DNA of 64,000 nucleotides, taken from Thalia democratica. Lineage: Eukaryota. The notes under the pieces were generated by a model. That model searched no databases. It was given only the letters and a program-made list of their open reading frames with translations, and was not told where the DNA came from. Made by a program: the position numbers and the translations under genes. Of the stretch, positions 62,816 to 64,000 are shown in pieces (positions within the stretch are counted from its first letter, which is position 1; each line of letters opens with the position of its first letter). The stretch spans positions 31,930,001-31,994,000 of the forward strand of contig OZ241830.1 of the NCBI GenBank assembly GCA_965202585.1, written 5' to 3'.

Positions 62816-64000
62816 TTACAGTGGTATGTTTGCTTTTCTCAGATAAGGGATAACACTTAAAGATTTGCAAACAGGAGGGGTAAATCTTCTTAGAAACTTA
62901 CGATTTTGAACAGTTAAGCGACCTGATTTATCAACCTTGACAACGCATTGATGGCAGTCCTTCACTTCCACCACCACCACTCCACTTTTCCCCCACTTGC
63001 TAGGAAAGTTACCTGTTTGATTTAGTATCACGACATGATCACCGCAATTCAGTGGTGGCAACGATTTTGTGTTCTCTTTTATATTTTCCAGAGACTTAAC
63101 AAAATGAATACTGAGATATTCTTCCTTTTTATTCCAAACGTTACGCCACATTTTTGAGATCTGCGGGTTATTGTAAGTCATAATTCTCTTTCTGACGTAA
63201 GGTAATGACTTCTTATCATTTGCAGGTAGGTGAGGATTGCTTTGGGATTTTTGTGGTTTTTGTCGCCATCCAGTGTGTAGAAATACATTTTTCTCTCCCT
63301 GTACCTCCTTTTTTTTCTTTACATTTTTACGCTCGAACACATTTTTCCTACGACCTCGTATGCAAAAACTATCAGAATTTTGTGTAGACAATCCACCAAC
63401 CAGAAGTGCATTTGACTCATCAGCTTTGTTTTAGTGACTTTGATAATCTTTTTTTACAGGACTTTATCCAGCATTGTTTACAGGCAGAACACTCAATATA
63501 CCTCATATTTTTATTGCTCCAAACAAATTTATCAGTTGATTCATTACATATGCCACAATTTATTTTACCACTTGGTTTTTGTGTGGTTTTCTTTAAGGTT
63601 TTGTATACATTTGGTGTATATAATCCACTAACTAGAAGTGCAGTTGACTCATCAGCATAATTTTGGTGACTTTGACAATCTTTTTTACAGGACTTCATCC
63701 AGCATTGTTTACAGGCAGAACACTCAATATACCTCATATTTTTACTGCTCCAAACAAATTTATCAGTTGATTTATTACATATGCCACAAGTTATTTTACC
63801 ACTTGGTTTTTGTGTGGTTTTCTTTGAGGATTTGTATGAGAAAACTGAAGCTGTAACAGCGGGTTTTGACATTGCATCACGTGCCATCTCTTTTCCTTCA
63901 ATAAAACTAATTGTCTCATTGACATTTTTCTCATCTAGATTTTCCCATCCTAGCACATCTTTACGGGTATCCTCATTGGCTAAACCTGTTACCATGACAT
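62816..64000 (-). mobile_element. Internally deleted Gypsy-type element: gag C-terminus joined to integrase C-terminus
   Basis: VTGLANEDTRKDVLGW..TISFIEGKEMARDA and a CxxC..CxxC motif suggest gag (by family resemblance). LPPLNCGDHVVILNQTG..KWGKSGVVV..VKVDKSGRLTVQNRKFLR is an integrase C-terminal domain. No RT, RNase H or rve core lies between them. Confidence 0.75.
63390..63850 (-). repeat. ~231-bp tandem duplication of the gag Cys-motif segment
   Basis: 63390-63608 vs 63622-63838; the downstream copy (63390-63608) carries one extra base in an A-run and frameshifts. Confidence 0.85.

Overview
This is very AT-rich eukaryotic, animal-like chromosomal DNA with GT-AG introns and the standard genetic code; the species cannot be determined from the sequence. 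Apparently intact genes, all on the minus strand, are a C3HC4 RING gene (2838-3512), two paralogous catalytic-domain-only PARP-like ADP-ribosyltransferases with an H-Y-E triad (18555-19613, 48728-49873) plus a third 5'-only copy (22084-22395), and a two-exon truncated-BTB/BACK/Kelch gene (30229-32579). A SEC11 signal-peptidase pseudogene lies at 44074-44571. Most of the rest is transposon-derived. Two independent insertions of a non-coding ~7.3-7.5 kb LTR element (9984-17494, 51068-58336) have TG..CA LTRs, PBS, PPT, 4-bp TSDs and an internal 31-34 bp minisatellite. An internally deleted Gypsy element runs from beyond 64000 to a short 3' LTR at 50724-50846; it has an extra decayed ORF behind pol and hosts two nested insertions. 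Also present are several foldback/Mutator-like elements (two with clear 9-bp TSDs), hAT elements, a decayed CR1/L2-type LINE and dispersed relics of decayed protein-coding repeats. There is no CRISPR array, rRNA or tRNA gene. All counts and alignments were done by eye.
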